Assembly (NCBI RefSeq): GCF_002113885.1
Contig: NW_018408726.1
Coordinates: 1,379,362 to 1,443,361, forward strand
Origin: Mizuhopecten yessoensis
Lineage: Eukaryota
Direction of reading: 5' to 3'
DNA: 64,000 nucleotides
Position 1 is the first letter of the stretch. Every line of letters starts with the position of its first letter. A program made the position numbers and the translations under genes. The notes under the pieces were generated by a model. The model worked only from the letters and a program-made list of their open reading frames with translations, made no database searches and was not told the DNA's origin. Shown piece by piece: positions 1 to 25,820 of this stretch.

Positions 1-121
1 CCCTCCCCCTCCTCGCGCTACGCGCTCGGGCTGCTGCCTTTCGCAGCACACCGTTGACTATTGAGAAAAAATTCTCGGCCCCCCCCCTCCCCCTTTTTAG
101 GAAATCCTGGATCCGCCCCTG
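1..121. mobile_element. End of a non-autonomous DNA transposon (CAGGGGCGGATCC-type terminus)
   Basis: Ends in GGAAATCCTGGATCCGCCCCTG. The internal motif TGCCTTTCGCAGCACAC resembles 26908-26924. Confidence 0.45.
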
Positions 122-652
122 CTCACTTCAAACGATATCAGTTTCACGCGTCTCGCAGCCACGATTTTCTCAGTTTCTGACGACATGTCAAATAACGAGT
201 CTGTTATAGAATCTACCGACTGTAGTCAGATTCCCATACAATCTCCACAAAAGGAGAGCAAAGAGAAAAGATCGAACATCCAAAAATAACTCCTCGTGGA
301 GGGCAAGGTCAGATTTACGGTGTTCATTGTATTTATCCATGCGGAAAATTTGTTCCGGGGAAAAATCGAAACAATTTCAAATCTAACTTTCAGCTCTATT
401 CTATTCTATTGACAAACTTAAATCACCCTATTGACATTTCATACGTTATTGTATTGATATTGAACTGTGGAGTAAAATTGAAGTGTTTGTTAAAATTTCA
501 AAGTACTTCTTTGTTTGCCAATCAGCACGCGACAACACGCTGTTCCAACTATTGAACGAATGTGTGTCGACTGTCGATAAGGCGGGAATTTTAAATTTTA
601 AATATAAATTGTAAATTAAAAAAGAACATAAGAGGCAGAGAAAACGTAAATA

Positions 653-741
653 TAAGTATTGAGCTGTTTTTGTATGGTATTTATGATCTATTTGAATTTC
701 AAATAGATCATAAATACCTTACAAAAACAGTTCAATGCTTA
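653..741. repeat. Near-perfect palindrome (foldback MITE-like)
   Basis: Arms of ~43 bp: TAAGTATTGAGCTGTTTTTGTATGGTATTTATGATCTATTTGAA and its reverse complement, with 3 mismatches. Confidence 0.75.
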
Positions 742-894
742 AGTATCTTGTACAAAATCTGTCTTTTTCAAATTGACAATGAAAGTACAACATTTTAAAG
801 ATCCTTGTCCCACTGCCAAGTAGTTTTTCGTATAACAGTAGCCTCCCCTTAATTTCGTGTTGGATATAACTGTTGCACTGTCTTTACCAAAGTA

Positions 895-976
895 CAGTAG
901 CTCAGTCGGTCAAAACGACAGCAAAACAATCTCGGGTCAATGGTTCGAATCCCGGTCTAGAGTTAGCTGCATTTTT
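895..976 (+). mobile_element. tRNA-derived SINE head or tRNA pseudogene
   Basis: A box TAGCTCAGTCGG 898-909 and B box GGTTCGAATCC 942-952. No intact acceptor or anticodon stem. Confidence 0.55.
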
Positions 977-1009
977 ACAATCAGAGGAGTTGTTGTTTAT
1001 AGTTGGTTT

Positions 1010-2084
1010 ATTCATCTTTATTGTGTTATGGCATGGTGCGGCGTCCGTCGTCCGTCGTTCGTCCGTCCGGCGTCACTTTTATACTTTAAACAACTTCTGC
1101 TCAATAACCAAGAGGCACAGGCTAATGAAATTTAACCAGTAGCATGCTGGGATAAAGGGCTACTAAGTTTGTTCAAATAAATGACCTTGGCCATCTTTCA
1201 AGGTCACAGGGGTCAAATGTCTTAAAATCTGCAAACAACTTCTTCTTAATACACAAAAGGCCCAGGGTACTGCTATTGGGCCTGATGCATGCTAGGATGA
1301 AGGGCTACCAAGTTTGTTCAAATGAATGACTTTGACCCACTTTCAAGGTGACAGGGGTCAAATGTCTTAAAATCTTCAAACAACTTCCCTTCAATAACCA
1401 AAAGGCCCAGGGTACTGATATTGGGTCTGTAGCATGATGGGATTAAATGGCTAAAAAGTTTCTTCAAATGAATGACCTTGACTCACTTTCAAGGTCACGG
1501 GGTCAAATATGTTAAAACCTTCAAACAACTTCTTCTCAATAACCAAAAAGCCAAGGGTACTGATATTGGGCCTGTAGCATGCTGGGATGAAGGACTACCA
1601 AGTTTGTTCAAGTGAATGACCTTGACCCACTTTCAATGTCACAGGGGTCAAATGTCGTAAAATCTTCAAACCACTTCCTCTCGATAACAAAAGGCCCATG
1701 GTACTGAAATTGGGCCTTTAGCATGCTGGGATAAAGGACTACCAAGTTTGTTCATATGAATGACCTTGACCCACTTTCAACCTAATGTCCTTGTTCGACA
1801 TTCAAGGACACATTCGTGTTTAAATCTTTTAATAGGTTCTAATGAATCAAACACTGATATTCTGCCTGTAGCTTTATTTTAGTCCACTTTCAATCTAATT
1901 AAAATTATATCTTCACATCGCTCCCGTTTACTGATATGTCGCGTTGAAAATCTTCTTCAACGCGACATATCAGTAAACGGGAGCGATGTGAAGATATAAT
2001 TTTAATTAGATTGGTCCACTTTTAAGATTACAAGTGTTAGATTAATACCAGGTGAGCGATGCCGGCCCATTGGTCCTCTTGTTT
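1010..2084 (+). mobile_element. HINE/Helentron-like non-autonomous element with ~5 internal 145-bp repeats
   Basis: (GTCC/GTC)n microsatellite 1043-1068, 145-bp period (1264, 1409, 1554, 1698), and 3' end CAGGTGAGCGA-palindrome-TCTTGTT. Confidence 0.75.
1891..2013. mobile_element. Foldback MITE with perfect 58-bp TIRs and 9-bp TSD, nested in the HINE
   Basis: Arms 1891-1948 and 1956-2013, 7-nt spacer; GTCCACTTT at 1882-1890 and 2014-2022. Confidence 0.88.
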
Positions 2085-3138
2085 TTAGAAAATCTCAAAT
2101 TATGGTTTTCTTTTCAGAAATGATTCGTCAAAACTATAGTCATTCCGGGGGGAAAACCCAGTTTCCAATGTAGCTACAGTTTTCGGCAGTTGTACGGGGA
2201 TCAAATTCGTCAAATTAATGATACATCGACACTTTCTCCTTCATTGCTCAGCTAATACACATTAACCGTCTATTGAAATTGCAAACAGGAAGTACCATCG
2301 TTAGTAAACCGGACATGCATATTTCTTTTCAGCGATGCAGGAGGCAAAATAGTGAAGTTATACATTGAATTCATCTTATCAACAAAGAAACTGTTTCACA
2401 ATATGCACACTTGAACGTAAAAGGACTCCAGCCCTTGACTGTGCATATTAAAAGCATGATGCTTAAACAGTAGAGTTGAAATGAATGGAAATATTACACA
2501 TCGAGAATACTCAACGTCAAAAATATAATTTAAAATTCAAAAAACTGTAGGAGAGAGGAGGAGATCCGGACGGGTACAACGATCACATGTAATTAGGGGT
2601 GTCACAATACGCCTGAAGTATACTGCAATAAAGACAGAATTTATTGCGGTACATTTATCCCAATACATAGTCAAAGGAAAAGAGTTATCAATTTAAACAG
2701 AATGTTATCACGGATTTTAGATATTTGTTAATCCAACCATTGGTTAATAAATTTCAACAGATTCCAACTACTAGTTATCTGTAAGAATTTGTAGTAATTT
2801 GCAAGGTAAAAACACAAAACAAATACATAAAAATCAGCTTATGAAAAATATTACTACACAGCTAAACATGCCCCGGTTACCATCTATCTAGGGGCGGTAA
2901 ATGAAGCTATTCTGTTGTTTTGGTGCCTCCCCCGTTTCTAGTGTATTTAAGTTCTGACTTTGTTATTGTATGATGACGCTGTAGCATATATTTCATTTGG
3001 GACAAAACACCTGGTCAGTATCAGGAATCTTTTTAAAGATGGATTATGGAACAGAATGTCGGAATACGGAATGAGACCAGGAACTGAGGGGACATAAAAA
3101 TAGAAATGATATTATAAATCTCTAGAAAATCATATTGA

Positions 3139-3264
3139 CCGGAAGACATTACAAAACACTGACAAAAACCGGAAGAGAAACCAGATGCACCGGAAGTTTA
3201 AGTGTTTCCTGTACCACATGTAGTATCGATATGAACCAATGAGATGCCTGTAATTCCGCGAAAA
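3139..3264 (+). promoter_or_regulatory. TATA-less promoter of locus 1: 3x ETS-type CCGGAAG, DRE-like TATCGATA, CCAAT, E2F-like site
   Basis: CCGGAAG at 3139, 3169 and 3190; TATCGATA 3224-3231; CCAAT 3236-3240; CCGCGAAAA 3256-3264. All lie within 220 nt of the ATG. Confidence 0.55.
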
Positions 3265-3357
3265 GATAACCCTGTCTAGCACGGTGATGAAATAAGTGGG
3301 CTGAGCGATACTATTGACGGCGATGTGAACATTGATCCTCGAGGTACTAACGTCAAG

Positions 3358-10386
<7,029 letters not shown>

Positions 10387-10659
10387 TGTAAAAGTTTTTG
10401 CTACTCTGCCTGATGATATATCGGCCTTAATAAAATGTGCCCTTATTTCTTAAACAAAACAATGTGCTGAAAATATCTAATCCGGGCTGTTTATTAAGAT
10501 ACACAACAATCGACATGCCCTGAGTTCCTGTATTAATATGTAGTGGTCAAAACACGATTATTTCCGTACAATGTATCAAGTTTTTACTGGATGACACTGA
10601 TAACAGAGAACATTTCAGAGAGATTCAGTGTATATACATGTATTTCACTATATAGGTGT

Positions 10660-13130
10660 AATCATACTTCCCCTGAATGTCTTTGTCGTAAAACCTGAAG
10701 GTTTTAATGTAACTGCCATCAAACTTCAAATACTTAGAATATCTCCAATCAAATATGAAAGTTTCTGCAAACAGGAAAACTTAATGTATCTGTAATCAAA
10801 CATGAAAATTTAATGTATCAGTAATCAAACATGAATTTAATTATCTGTAATATTACTTGAAAAATTAATGTATCTGTAATTTAACTTGAACATTTAATGT
10901 GTCTGTAATCTTACAGGAAATGTATCTGTTATAAAACATGAGATTTAGTGCATCTGCAATTAAACATGAAATTAATGTTTCTGTATTCAAACATGAAATT
11001 AATGTTTCTGTATTCAAACATGGAAATTTTATGTATTTGTAATCAGATATGAAACTCTAATGTACCTGTAACTTAATATCTTACATCAACAAATTCTTAA
11101 TTTAGTAAGTAAACTTCATGTGAGAGTCATAATGTACCTGTCACAATCCTGGAAGTATATGAACTTGGTATCACACTTCATTGAAAGTATCAACTTCATT
11201 TGAAAGTCTTGAAGTATTCCAACTTTACAATCTAACCTTACATGTAATCAGCAGGGATAAAGATAATTGATCTTTAATCACACATTATCAGGATTATTAA
11301 TTACACACCTGGCGTGAATGGATACAGATAATGGCAAGATTGTGAGGGGACAGACAGTTTATTGTACCTAATTGTAGTTTGTGTATTATGTACAAAACGT
11401 TGATTGACTAACAGCTGTTTCTACTTATTTATTTTAATAATTATGTACAAAGAGTTGTGAGTCACGAAATTTTTCTTGTAATTTGTACATAAAAAATGTC
11501 GACACTAACAGCCTTTTTAACTTGATGATTTTACTGATTTTTACTGTCTGAACTACTGTTGAAACAGGGGGTCAGGTACGCAAAACCCCTTTATTTAAAA
11601 ATTTAGCACTTGTTAACATGAAATAAAAAAATCTTTAAAGCGTGTATATTATGAGCTGTGCCACTACTCAAAAGGGATAACTGTGGCCATCAAGATTACA
11701 GCAAACCCCGAACATTGAAAATCCACCAGTTGAGTCTACCACCTTGTATCTTAAAGATGAACATAACGCACACAAACCCAGGTGACTGCACATTCAAAAT
11801 ATAGTAATCGATACAGTAGGCCAAAAATGAACTGCACTGCACCATACAGTTGTGTCGTCCTTCTCGGACTCATCAGTGATGCTAGGGGCCGAACAGTTGG
11901 AAATCCAAAGTCTAATGCACATAATTGGAAGTCTAAATGAACCTGTAACTATATTCCACATTAAAGTCTATAATACCTGTCATTAAGCATGACAATCTTA
12001 ATGTAGATGTAATCAAACATGAGAATTATCATTTACCTGTTATCAAGCGTGAATGTCTAAATGTAACTCTTACTACACTCCAACGGAAAATCATGATATA
12101 TATGTAATAAAATATGAAATTATCATTTACCTATTATTAGGCGGGAAAGTCTTAATGTAACTCTTACTACACTCCAACGGAAAATCATGATATATATGTA
12201 AAATAATGTACAACTCTTAAAGTACCCGCGATAAAACTTAACATCGTATGTATCTGTAATCATACTTTATTGAATATACTTTAAGCCATAATGTACATTT
12301 TAATGTACCTGTAATAAAGGATGAAAGATTATTCCTTTCATCACTCATGGAATCTCGAAGAACCAATACATATACTTCATCTGCCAGCCTGTAACAAACC
12401 TAATACATGTAATAATAATGCTTCACTAAAAGTGTCAATACACCTTTTAAAGTCTATATGTAGCTGTAATCAAACATAAAAGTTTTAATGTACATGAATT
12501 TTAACATGAAAGTTTTAGTTGATATCTATTATCAAAACATGAAGTCTTAAAATTGGTATTTCACCTGATTGTTGTCCTCGTGTACTTTTTATTTACTTAA
12601 CCGGACGATTTTATTGTATACATTTCATCTAAGAGTGTTAATTTATGTACCTGTGACAAAGCTGAAAGTTTCATTTACCTGTAATGTTCCTGTTATCGAA
12701 CATGTAATCTCAAGAATACAAACAAATACACATCACATGTTAACATAAGATCTTAATATACCTGTAAACATGAGATCTTAATATACCTGTAAACATGAGA
12801 TCTTACTATTCCTGTAAACATGAGATCTTAATATACAGGTAAACATGAGAACTTATCGAGAATGAACTCTTCATGTACATATTACCAAACGTGAAATGTT
12901 AATGTACCTGCAATCAAGCATGACATCTTAATGTACCTGTAATCAAGCATGAAATCTTTATATACCTGTAAACAAGCATGCAATGTTAATGTACCTGTAA
13001 TTAGGTCTGAAAATCTTTATGTACTTGTAATCAAACAGGAAGTCTTAATGTACATGTATAAATAGACATACAAGTCTTAGCTTACATGTAATCAAACATT
13101 AAAAATCTCAATGTAACAGGAAATATACTT
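10660..13130. repeat. Old degenerate ~30-bp minisatellite, interrupted at ~11260-11920
   Basis: Recurrent TTAATGTACCTGTAATCAAACATGAAA variants. Confidence 0.75.
11839..11882 (-). ncRNA. Minimal type I hammerhead ribozyme with A14C core mutation
   Basis: Minus strand reads GCAUCA-CUGAUGA-GUCC-GAGAA-GGAC-GAC-ACAACUGUA-UGGUGC; stems I, II and III all pair. Confidence 0.75.
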
Positions 13131-13268
13131 TACGTTAAAAAGCTTATTCTTTTTTTTAAATCCGTCATTTGAAAAACTTAAAACGTAGGAAACGTAGGAA
13201 GTCTTTTTTCTTAAAATGTATGTAATGGCAAAATAACTTAAAAGTCAATATTGTTACTGTAGTTATTG

Positions 13269-13367
13269 CGATATCTTATTAGCAAGGCTATCAACGATAT
13301 CTTATTAGCAAGGCTATCAACGATATCTTATTAGCAAGGCTATCAGCGATATCTTATTAGCAAGGCA
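13269..13367. repeat. 26-bp tandem repeat, ~4 copies
   Basis: Unit CGATATCTTATTAGCAAGGCTATCAA. Confidence 0.9.
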
Positions 13368-13680
13368 ACCAGTAAAAGACACACGTTTGTAGTCATTTAT
13401 CAAATTGACGACGAATGTTTCCTTTTTTTATTTTTTATTTTGTAAATGGATGTTGATAAACATAGATTTAGGATAATGTTGACATCAATTTACAAAAAAA
13501 ACGGAGTTTGAGGTCAATATAGACCTTTTTGTTGGTGAGGTTTATCAACATTTGTATGTTATAACAAGTATACGCTATACCAGTTATTCGACTCGCATAT
13601 ATATACCTATCTTGGTACAATCCAGTGTTACTACGCGTAATCGTCGATATGACAAACTTGAAACGAACTAGGATATCCGC

Positions 13681-13793
13681 GATACCATGGCAACCATACT
13701 ATTAATTATATCGTGTCCTATTTAATATGTAACAACTAAACTGACGAGCTCTTTTATCCTACATGACATAATGCATTTCGAATTGTATAAATA
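13681..13793 (+). promoter_or_regulatory. Locus 2 promoter: RFX X-box-like site and TATA box
   Basis: GATACCATGGCAAC at 13681-13694 (2 mismatches to GTTGCCATGGCAAC); TATAAATA at 13786-13793. Confidence 0.5.
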
Positions 13794-13988
13794 CTAATCT
13801 GATGCGAAATATGTGCGAAGAAATAGAAGAGAACTTCTTTTTTCATTGAACCTTTGAGATATTATCCTTGCGGAGGATTCTGAGTAAGTTGACCACGTGA
13901 CTACTTCAAGGTGTATAACTACACGGATGCTCAGTAACATCGCCGTTTTGAGAACGAACAGTAGTACGAAATCACACAGACAAACAAG

Positions 13989-18928
<4,940 letters not shown>

Positions 18929-19406
18929 ATCTGAACTCATAATAAACTTTTCGACCAAAAAAACAAGTGAATGTACAACTGCAAAATATCTTCCAGTCAG
19001 CATTATTAATAATGAATGGAAAATAAAAAATACAATCGATATCGATATGTTATTTTGCTTCATGGCTTATATATTTGTATTTTCTTCGCTTCGCCTTTCC
19101 AAAGGATAGAGAAATAGGTTTCTGAAATAGCAATACATTAAATAAGGATGGCTGGGTGGGAGGATGTGCGTGAGATATGTATGGAGATATCTAATCAAGC
19201 ACCAGGCCTACATGATAAGTGACGGTCGATTCATTGACAAATAGATTCTTCAGCCTATCGAGATTTAGATTCAGAGATGTAGACATTCTTGCCCGATACC
19301 ATATCAGTACTGGTAATCAATAGGTGTATGCTCTTGTGTAAAGGAACCGTTGATTGAGGGGAAGTATATATTCATGTTTCCTTCATTTTTTATTCAACTT
19401 TATTAG

Positions 19407-19488
19407 TTCGTTCACCCCTGAATTTTAATAATGGACTTTTCCAATCTTTATATAAAAGAGTTTAAATGTGTCTTCAGGGGTGAATGAG
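19407..19488. mobile_element. ~83-bp TTAA-flanked MITE, copy 3
   Basis: TTCGTTCACCCCTGAA...TTCAGGGGTGAATGAG followed by TTAA. Confidence 0.7.
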
Positions 19489-19934
19489 TTAAACCAAAAT
19501 TAGGAAAACACAATTTAATCTATACAAAAATCTCCAACGTGAGATCTGAGACATTTTAAGAAATAAATATTAATAGGTAAGACTTAAATTATATCGTTTT
19601 CAACACTGAATGGATACGAAATTCAAATTAAATTCATGTTTAATGTTATATTTAATTTTTAATAACCTTGTCAGATTCCAAAGTCTTTAAATCTTAAAGT
19701 GTTTACTTTCAAGGAATTTATGTACTTCACAGAATCCTGACAGCTATCTGCTTGAGGCTTGTTTACTTACTTTTTGGGTTTTTACTTCCACAGCAGATAT
19801 AGCAAAATAAGGGTCATTTTTAAATGTCGCTATATTGAAATGTCATAATCGAGGGTCATTTTACAGTGTAGCCATACTGAAATGTCACAATCGATGTTAA
19901 GTTGTCACTATACTGAAATACCACATTGAAAGGT

Positions 19935-21123
19935 CGACACACAAAGACAACATATCATACATCATACAAGGACAACATATACCACAGCGTAATCCTACAA
20001 TGACAACATACACCAAAGCGTAATCCTACAAGGACAACATATACCACAGCGTAATCCTACAATGACAACATTCACCAAAGCGTAATCCTACAAGGACAAC
20101 ATATACCACAGCGTAATCTTACAAGGACAACATATACCACAGCGTCATCACACAAGGATAACTTACACCACGGCGTCAACACACAAGGACAATATATACT
20201 ACAGCTTCATCACACAAGGACAACATATACCACAGCGTCAACACACAAGGACAACATATACCACAGCGTCATCCTACAAAGACAACATATACCAGAGCGT
20301 CATCCTACAAGGACGACATTTACCACAGCGTCATCCTATTAGGACAACATATACCTTAGGTCATCCTACAAGGACAACATATATCACAGCGTCATCATAC
20401 AAGGACAACATATACCACAGCGTCATCCTACAAGGACAACATATACCACAGTGTCAACACATAATGACAACCTATACCACAGTGTTAATATACAAAGACA
20501 ACATATATCATATCGTCATCATACAAGGATAACATATACCAAAGCGTCAACACACAAGGACAACATATACCACAGCGTCAATATACAAGGAAAACATATA
20601 TCACAGCGTCATCAAACAAGGACAACCTATACCACAGCGTCATCCTACAAGGTCAATATATACCACAGCGTCATACTACAAGGACAACACATACCACAGT
20701 GTGAACACACAAGGACAACTTATACCACAGTGTCAACACACAAAGGACAAATTATATCACAGCGTCATCATACAAAGACAACATATACCACAGCGTCATC
20801 ACACAAGGACAACGTATACCATAGCGTCATCATACAAGGACAACATATACCACAGCGTCAACACACAAGGACAACTTATACCACAGTGTCAATATACAAG
20901 GACAACACATACCACAGCGTCATCCTACAAGGACAACACATACCACAGCGTAATCCTATAAGGACAACATATACCACAGTGTCAATATACAAGGACAACA
21001 TATACCACAGCGTCATCCTACAAGGACAACATATACCACAGCGTCATCACACAAGGCAACATATACCATAGCGTCATCATACAAGGACAACATATACCAC
21101 AGCGTCATCACACAAGGACAACG
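19935..21123. repeat. 31-bp minisatellite (~38 copies)
   Basis: Unit ACAAGGACAACATATACCACAGCGTCATCCT. Confidence 0.95.
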
Positions 21124-21786
21124 ATATCGTTAACACAAACAGAAACGCTGTTCTCACTTTAGTGATGTTTTTTCTACATTCTCGACTCCCGTGTGCTAAA
21201 TACAGCCGTCTACCGCATGATATAATTCCTATTTTAGCAAATAGTTCACATACATAGATATATATATTGCTTACGTTAAGTTAATAGGTATCTAAATCTA
21301 GCTTTTACGTTCTCGAACATTCTAGAATCCAGTTTGTTAAATAGTAATTTGCCAAATGAAGCCATGACTATTTTAGATGGATGATCACACACATGCTCGC
21401 GGACGTAAGATAGATAATTATTCACGAATAGACGTCTGCCAAATAACATTTTATGAAGTATAAAACACACAAACACATATCTTAACATATATGTATGTTG
21501 ATGTTTTGTTATAGTCTGATCGTCGACAGTAAGCTCATTTACAGCCAGATGCGTGAAACTTCAAAATCGATTTATTTTTGTGTCTGAGTCATGCTGACTG
21601 TGCAGAACACGGCATTGGAGATCTCTGAACGAGACCGCATTGTCCTCGGTAAAAAATATCTGTCAGCTGCAGTTATACAGCAGCATTACCCAGGGTCAAT
21701 ATTAACTGTTCAGCTGAAAATATGTTATATAACTAGAAACATGATCAGACAATTAGCGCTACTTAGGGTCAAGCAAGTGCTGCACA

Positions 21787-23070
21787 TATACAAATGACAA
21801 CCACGTTATCTCGAATCGACTGCTACGTATAGTATATAACTGACAACCACATTATCTCGAATCGACTGCTACGTATAGTATACAACTGACAACCGCATTA
21901 TTTCGAATCGACTGTTACGTATAGTATACAAATGACAACCACATTATCTCGAATCATTTGCTACGTATAACATACAAATGACAACCACATTATCTTGAAT
22001 CAACTGTTACGTATAACATACAAATGACAACCACATTATCTCGAATCATTTGCTACGCATAATATACAAATGACAACCACATTATCTCGAATCATTTGCT
22101 ACGTATGATATACAAATGACAACCACATTATCTCGAATCAACTGTTACGTATAGTATACAAATGACAACCACATTATCTCGAATCAACTGTTACGTATAG
22201 CATACAAATGACAACCACATTATCTCGAATCATTTGCTACGTATAATATACAAATGACAATCACATTATCTCGAATCATTTGGTACGTATAATATACAAA
22301 TGACAACCACATTATCTCGAATCAACTGCTGCGTATAGTATACAAATGACAACCACATCATCTCGAATCAACTGCTGCGTAAAGTATACAAATGACAACC
22401 ACATTATCTCGAATCGACTGCTTCGTATAAAATACAAATGACAAATACATTATCTCGAATACACTGTTACGTATAGTATATAACTGACAACCACATTATC
22501 TCGAACCAACTGTTACGTATAGTATACAAATGACATCCACATTATCTCAACTCATTTGCTACGCATAATATACAAATGACAACCACATGATCTCGAATCA
22601 ACTGTTACGTATAGCATACAAGTGACAACCACATTATCTCGAATCGACTGCTTCGTATAAAATACAAATGACAACCACATTATCTCGAATCAACTGTTAC
22701 GTATAGTATATAAATGACAACCACATTATCTCGAATCAATTGTTACGTATAGTATACAAATGACAACCACATGATCTCGAATCAATTGTTACGTATAGTG
22801 TACAACTGACAACCACATTATCTCGAATCAACAGTTACGTATAGTATTCAAATGACAACCACATTATCTCGAATCATCTGTTACATATAGTATACAAATG
22901 ACAACCACATTATCTCGAATACACTGTTACGTATAGTATACAAATGACAACCACATCATCTCGAATCAACTGTTACGTATAGTATACAAATGACAACCAC
23001 ATCATCTCGAATCAACTGTTACGTATAGTATACAAATGACAACCACATTATCTCGAAACCGAATCAACTG
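21787..23070. repeat. 46-bp minisatellite (~28 copies)
   Basis: Unit ATACAAATGACAACCACATTATCTCGAATCAACTGTTACGTATAGT. Confidence 0.95.
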
Positions 23071-24334
23071 CTTCTCCTGTCTTCATAATTTGACAAAAGT
23101 CTTTGGTTTTATAGCCAGACATTCCTATTTTAAACAATACAACGATGATTTATAAATAGCTATAAGTTTACCCGCATGAAAACTATCCCAAGAAACCAAA
23201 GACTTTGCAAAGTCTTATGTATTCCGAATTAGGAGCACTCCTTCGAATATCCATTGAGCATATGGCTAGATAAAACTTCTAAACTACATATGTGGACAGC
23301 ATAGCTCTCAGTGTCCTCAAAAAATAACACCTCAGTCTTTACAATTCATTAAACAGGCTGTATGTATCAAATATCTATTTTCTCTATATTCATCGATATT
23401 TTGTTAGGGTATTTTTTTATATTTTGTCATCAAATAACATTTTGTAACTATAATTTAACAATAATCTTTATTGAACTGCATCATTCCAGCAAGTGTGTAT
23501 TAGTCATAGCTACGGAACACCTCAGTGCACTAGCTTGCATTCCACGGATACACATATTAAGCCTTACTCATACCTGTACAAATAAGCTGTAAACAGTAAC
23601 AGAATCACAATGACGTGGTCAATATGTTAATGATTCTTGTAACACAGAAAAAAACTAAAATACATAATTATTTATTAACAAGTACATGTTTATAAATAAA
23701 ATACAGTGTCAATACATCTAGTGGATAAAGAAAAAATCATAGTCATCTGTCCCTTTACTGCCAGCAACCTGTGTGTTGTTCAAAATAGTATAGTGGTAGA
23801 GGGGCAGATAACTCTGATATGAACAAATTTCGGCCTCGGTGAATATTGTTCAAACATGGTTTGTAAATCTGAGATAAACCTCGCCTAAAGTCCATAATTG
23901 TATAATATTTCTGCAGGTTTCTTACAAAAGTTCGGGTTATTTTTTTTCCAATTTTAAAGAAAAATAAACCTTCTTGTCTAACTAAGGGATTTCTAAGTAA
24001 TCCGTATCCTGGTGGATTTTCTGTCATCAAATTAGAGGGAAATTTTATTGGTGTTAACACTGGAATTTTACACGAATTTTATATTCTACACACTACAATA
24101 AATAGATACGAGCTACTCCACCGTGTCAGGACAGGTCAGGATATCGATCGGACTCCAGTGAGACAACATGTGGTTTACATAGTGTCTGATGGACAGTCGA
24201 TAATTGTGTCCTTTCTGGTGACTTTCCAGTCTCCTGGAGATGTGGAGAGCCCTAGAGAACGTAGAAATAAAAAGGTCCCCTACCCTATCAACAGATGGTA
24301 AACTACATTGGAGACTAAAAAGAAAAGCAAATTT

Positions 24335-25280
24335 ATCCTCTGACCCTACCATGCACCAGAGGACCTTACATGATGGAGGACTAGTACGAGAACCCGAGTA
24401 TCCTCTGACCCTACAACTAGAGGATATTATATGATGGAGGAGAACCCGAGTATCCTCTGACCCTACCACCAGAGGATATTATATGATAGAGGACTAGAAC
24501 GAGAACCCGGGTATCCTCTGACCCTACCACCAGAGGACATTACATAATGGAGGACTAGAACGAGAACCCGAGTATCTTCTTACCCTACCACCAGAGGACA
24601 TTACATGAGGGAGGAGAACCCGGGTGTCCTCTGACCCTACCACCCGAGGACATTACATGATGGAGGAGAACCCGAGTATCCTCTGACCCTACCACCAGAG
24701 GACATTACATGATGGAGGAGAACCCGGGTATCCTCTGACCCTACCACTAGAGGACATTACATGGTGGAGGACTAGAACGAGAACCCGAGTATCTTCTGAC
24801 CCTACCACCAGAGGACATTACATGATGGAGGACTAGAACGAGAACCCGAGTATCTTCTAACCCTATCACCAGAGGACATTACATGATGGAGGAGAACCCG
24901 GGTATCCTCTGACCCTACCACCAGAGGACATTACATGATGGAGGAGAACCCGGGTATCCTCTGACCCTACCACCAGAGGACATTACATGATGGAGGACTA
25001 GTACGAGTACCCGAGTATCCTCTCACCCTACCACCAGAGGACATTACACGATGGAGGACTAGTAAGAGTACCCGAGTATCCTCTGACTCTACCTAGAGGA
25101 CATTACACGATGGAGGACTAGTAAGAGTACTCGAGTATCCTCTGACTCTACCACCAGAGGACATTACATGATGGGGAACTAGTAAGAGATCCAGGGTATC
25201 CTTTTATCTTATCATGAAAGGACATAACACGAGAGATTAGTAAGAGAATCCGGGTATCCTCTGATTTTACCATCAGAGTA
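24335..25280. repeat. 52/61-bp minisatellite with internal hairpin
   Basis: GAGAACCCGAGTATCCTCTGACCCTACCACCAGAGGACATTACATGATGGAG with or without GACTAGAAC; TCCTCTG/CAGAGGA stem. Confidence 0.93.
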
Positions 25281-25645
25281 CAACATGAGAACTAGGAATG
25301 GAAGCCAGAATATATAATGACCTTATTTTGCACCTTCTACTGGATGTTAATCCATCAACTCTAGGGTGTGTCATACGTAATATAAGTGAAAAGTATCGAT
25401 CTATTGAAGATATGTTTTCCTCTTGGCCCTAACAAATGTAGACACGTTTTTTCCGTGACAAAGAGTTGCACTAATAGAGCTACATGTAACCGTTACACAA
25501 CAAGGGCTCTGACCCTAGCCGGTCTGTGGTGGGGTGTGTCAGCCATGGAGCTCTGCAGTACAGCTGGGTCGATAACAGATGCAGTCACACACACATAATG
25601 TATGTCTAGACACTAAGTGTGATACCGCGCGCGCTACTATCGATC

Positions 25646-25810
25646 TAGACTGGCCACCGTCTCTAGAATATTCAATAATTAAGAAAACAACTTTAACTCT
25701 AAAAAAATTGATCACTTGGGTGCCTAAGTTCTAAACTAGGGGGACATAAGCTAGTAGTAAAATGGAGCCGAGAAATTCTTCATAAAACTTAGGGGCTGGT
25801 AGCCAGTCTA
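25646..25810. mobile_element. MITE with TAGACTGGC TIRs and 9-bp TSD (Academ-like)
   Basis: TAGACTGGCCACC ... GGTAGCCAGTCTA; CTATCGATC at 25637-25645 and 25811-25819. Confidence 0.8.
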
Positions 25811-25820
25811 CTATCGATCT

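Noticed and set aside
895-960. Functional tRNA gene
   Set aside because: A and B boxes are present but the acceptor and anticodon stems do not pair; better read as a SINE head or pseudogene.
20451-21071. ORFs in tandem arrays (also 55124-56575, 58109-59305, 63631-63995, 5000-5416)
   Set aside because: Periodic translations of minisatellites or N gaps.
21787-25280. CRISPR-like appearance of the regular arrays
   Set aside because: Head-to-tail units without unique spacers, no cas genes, and a eukaryotic context.
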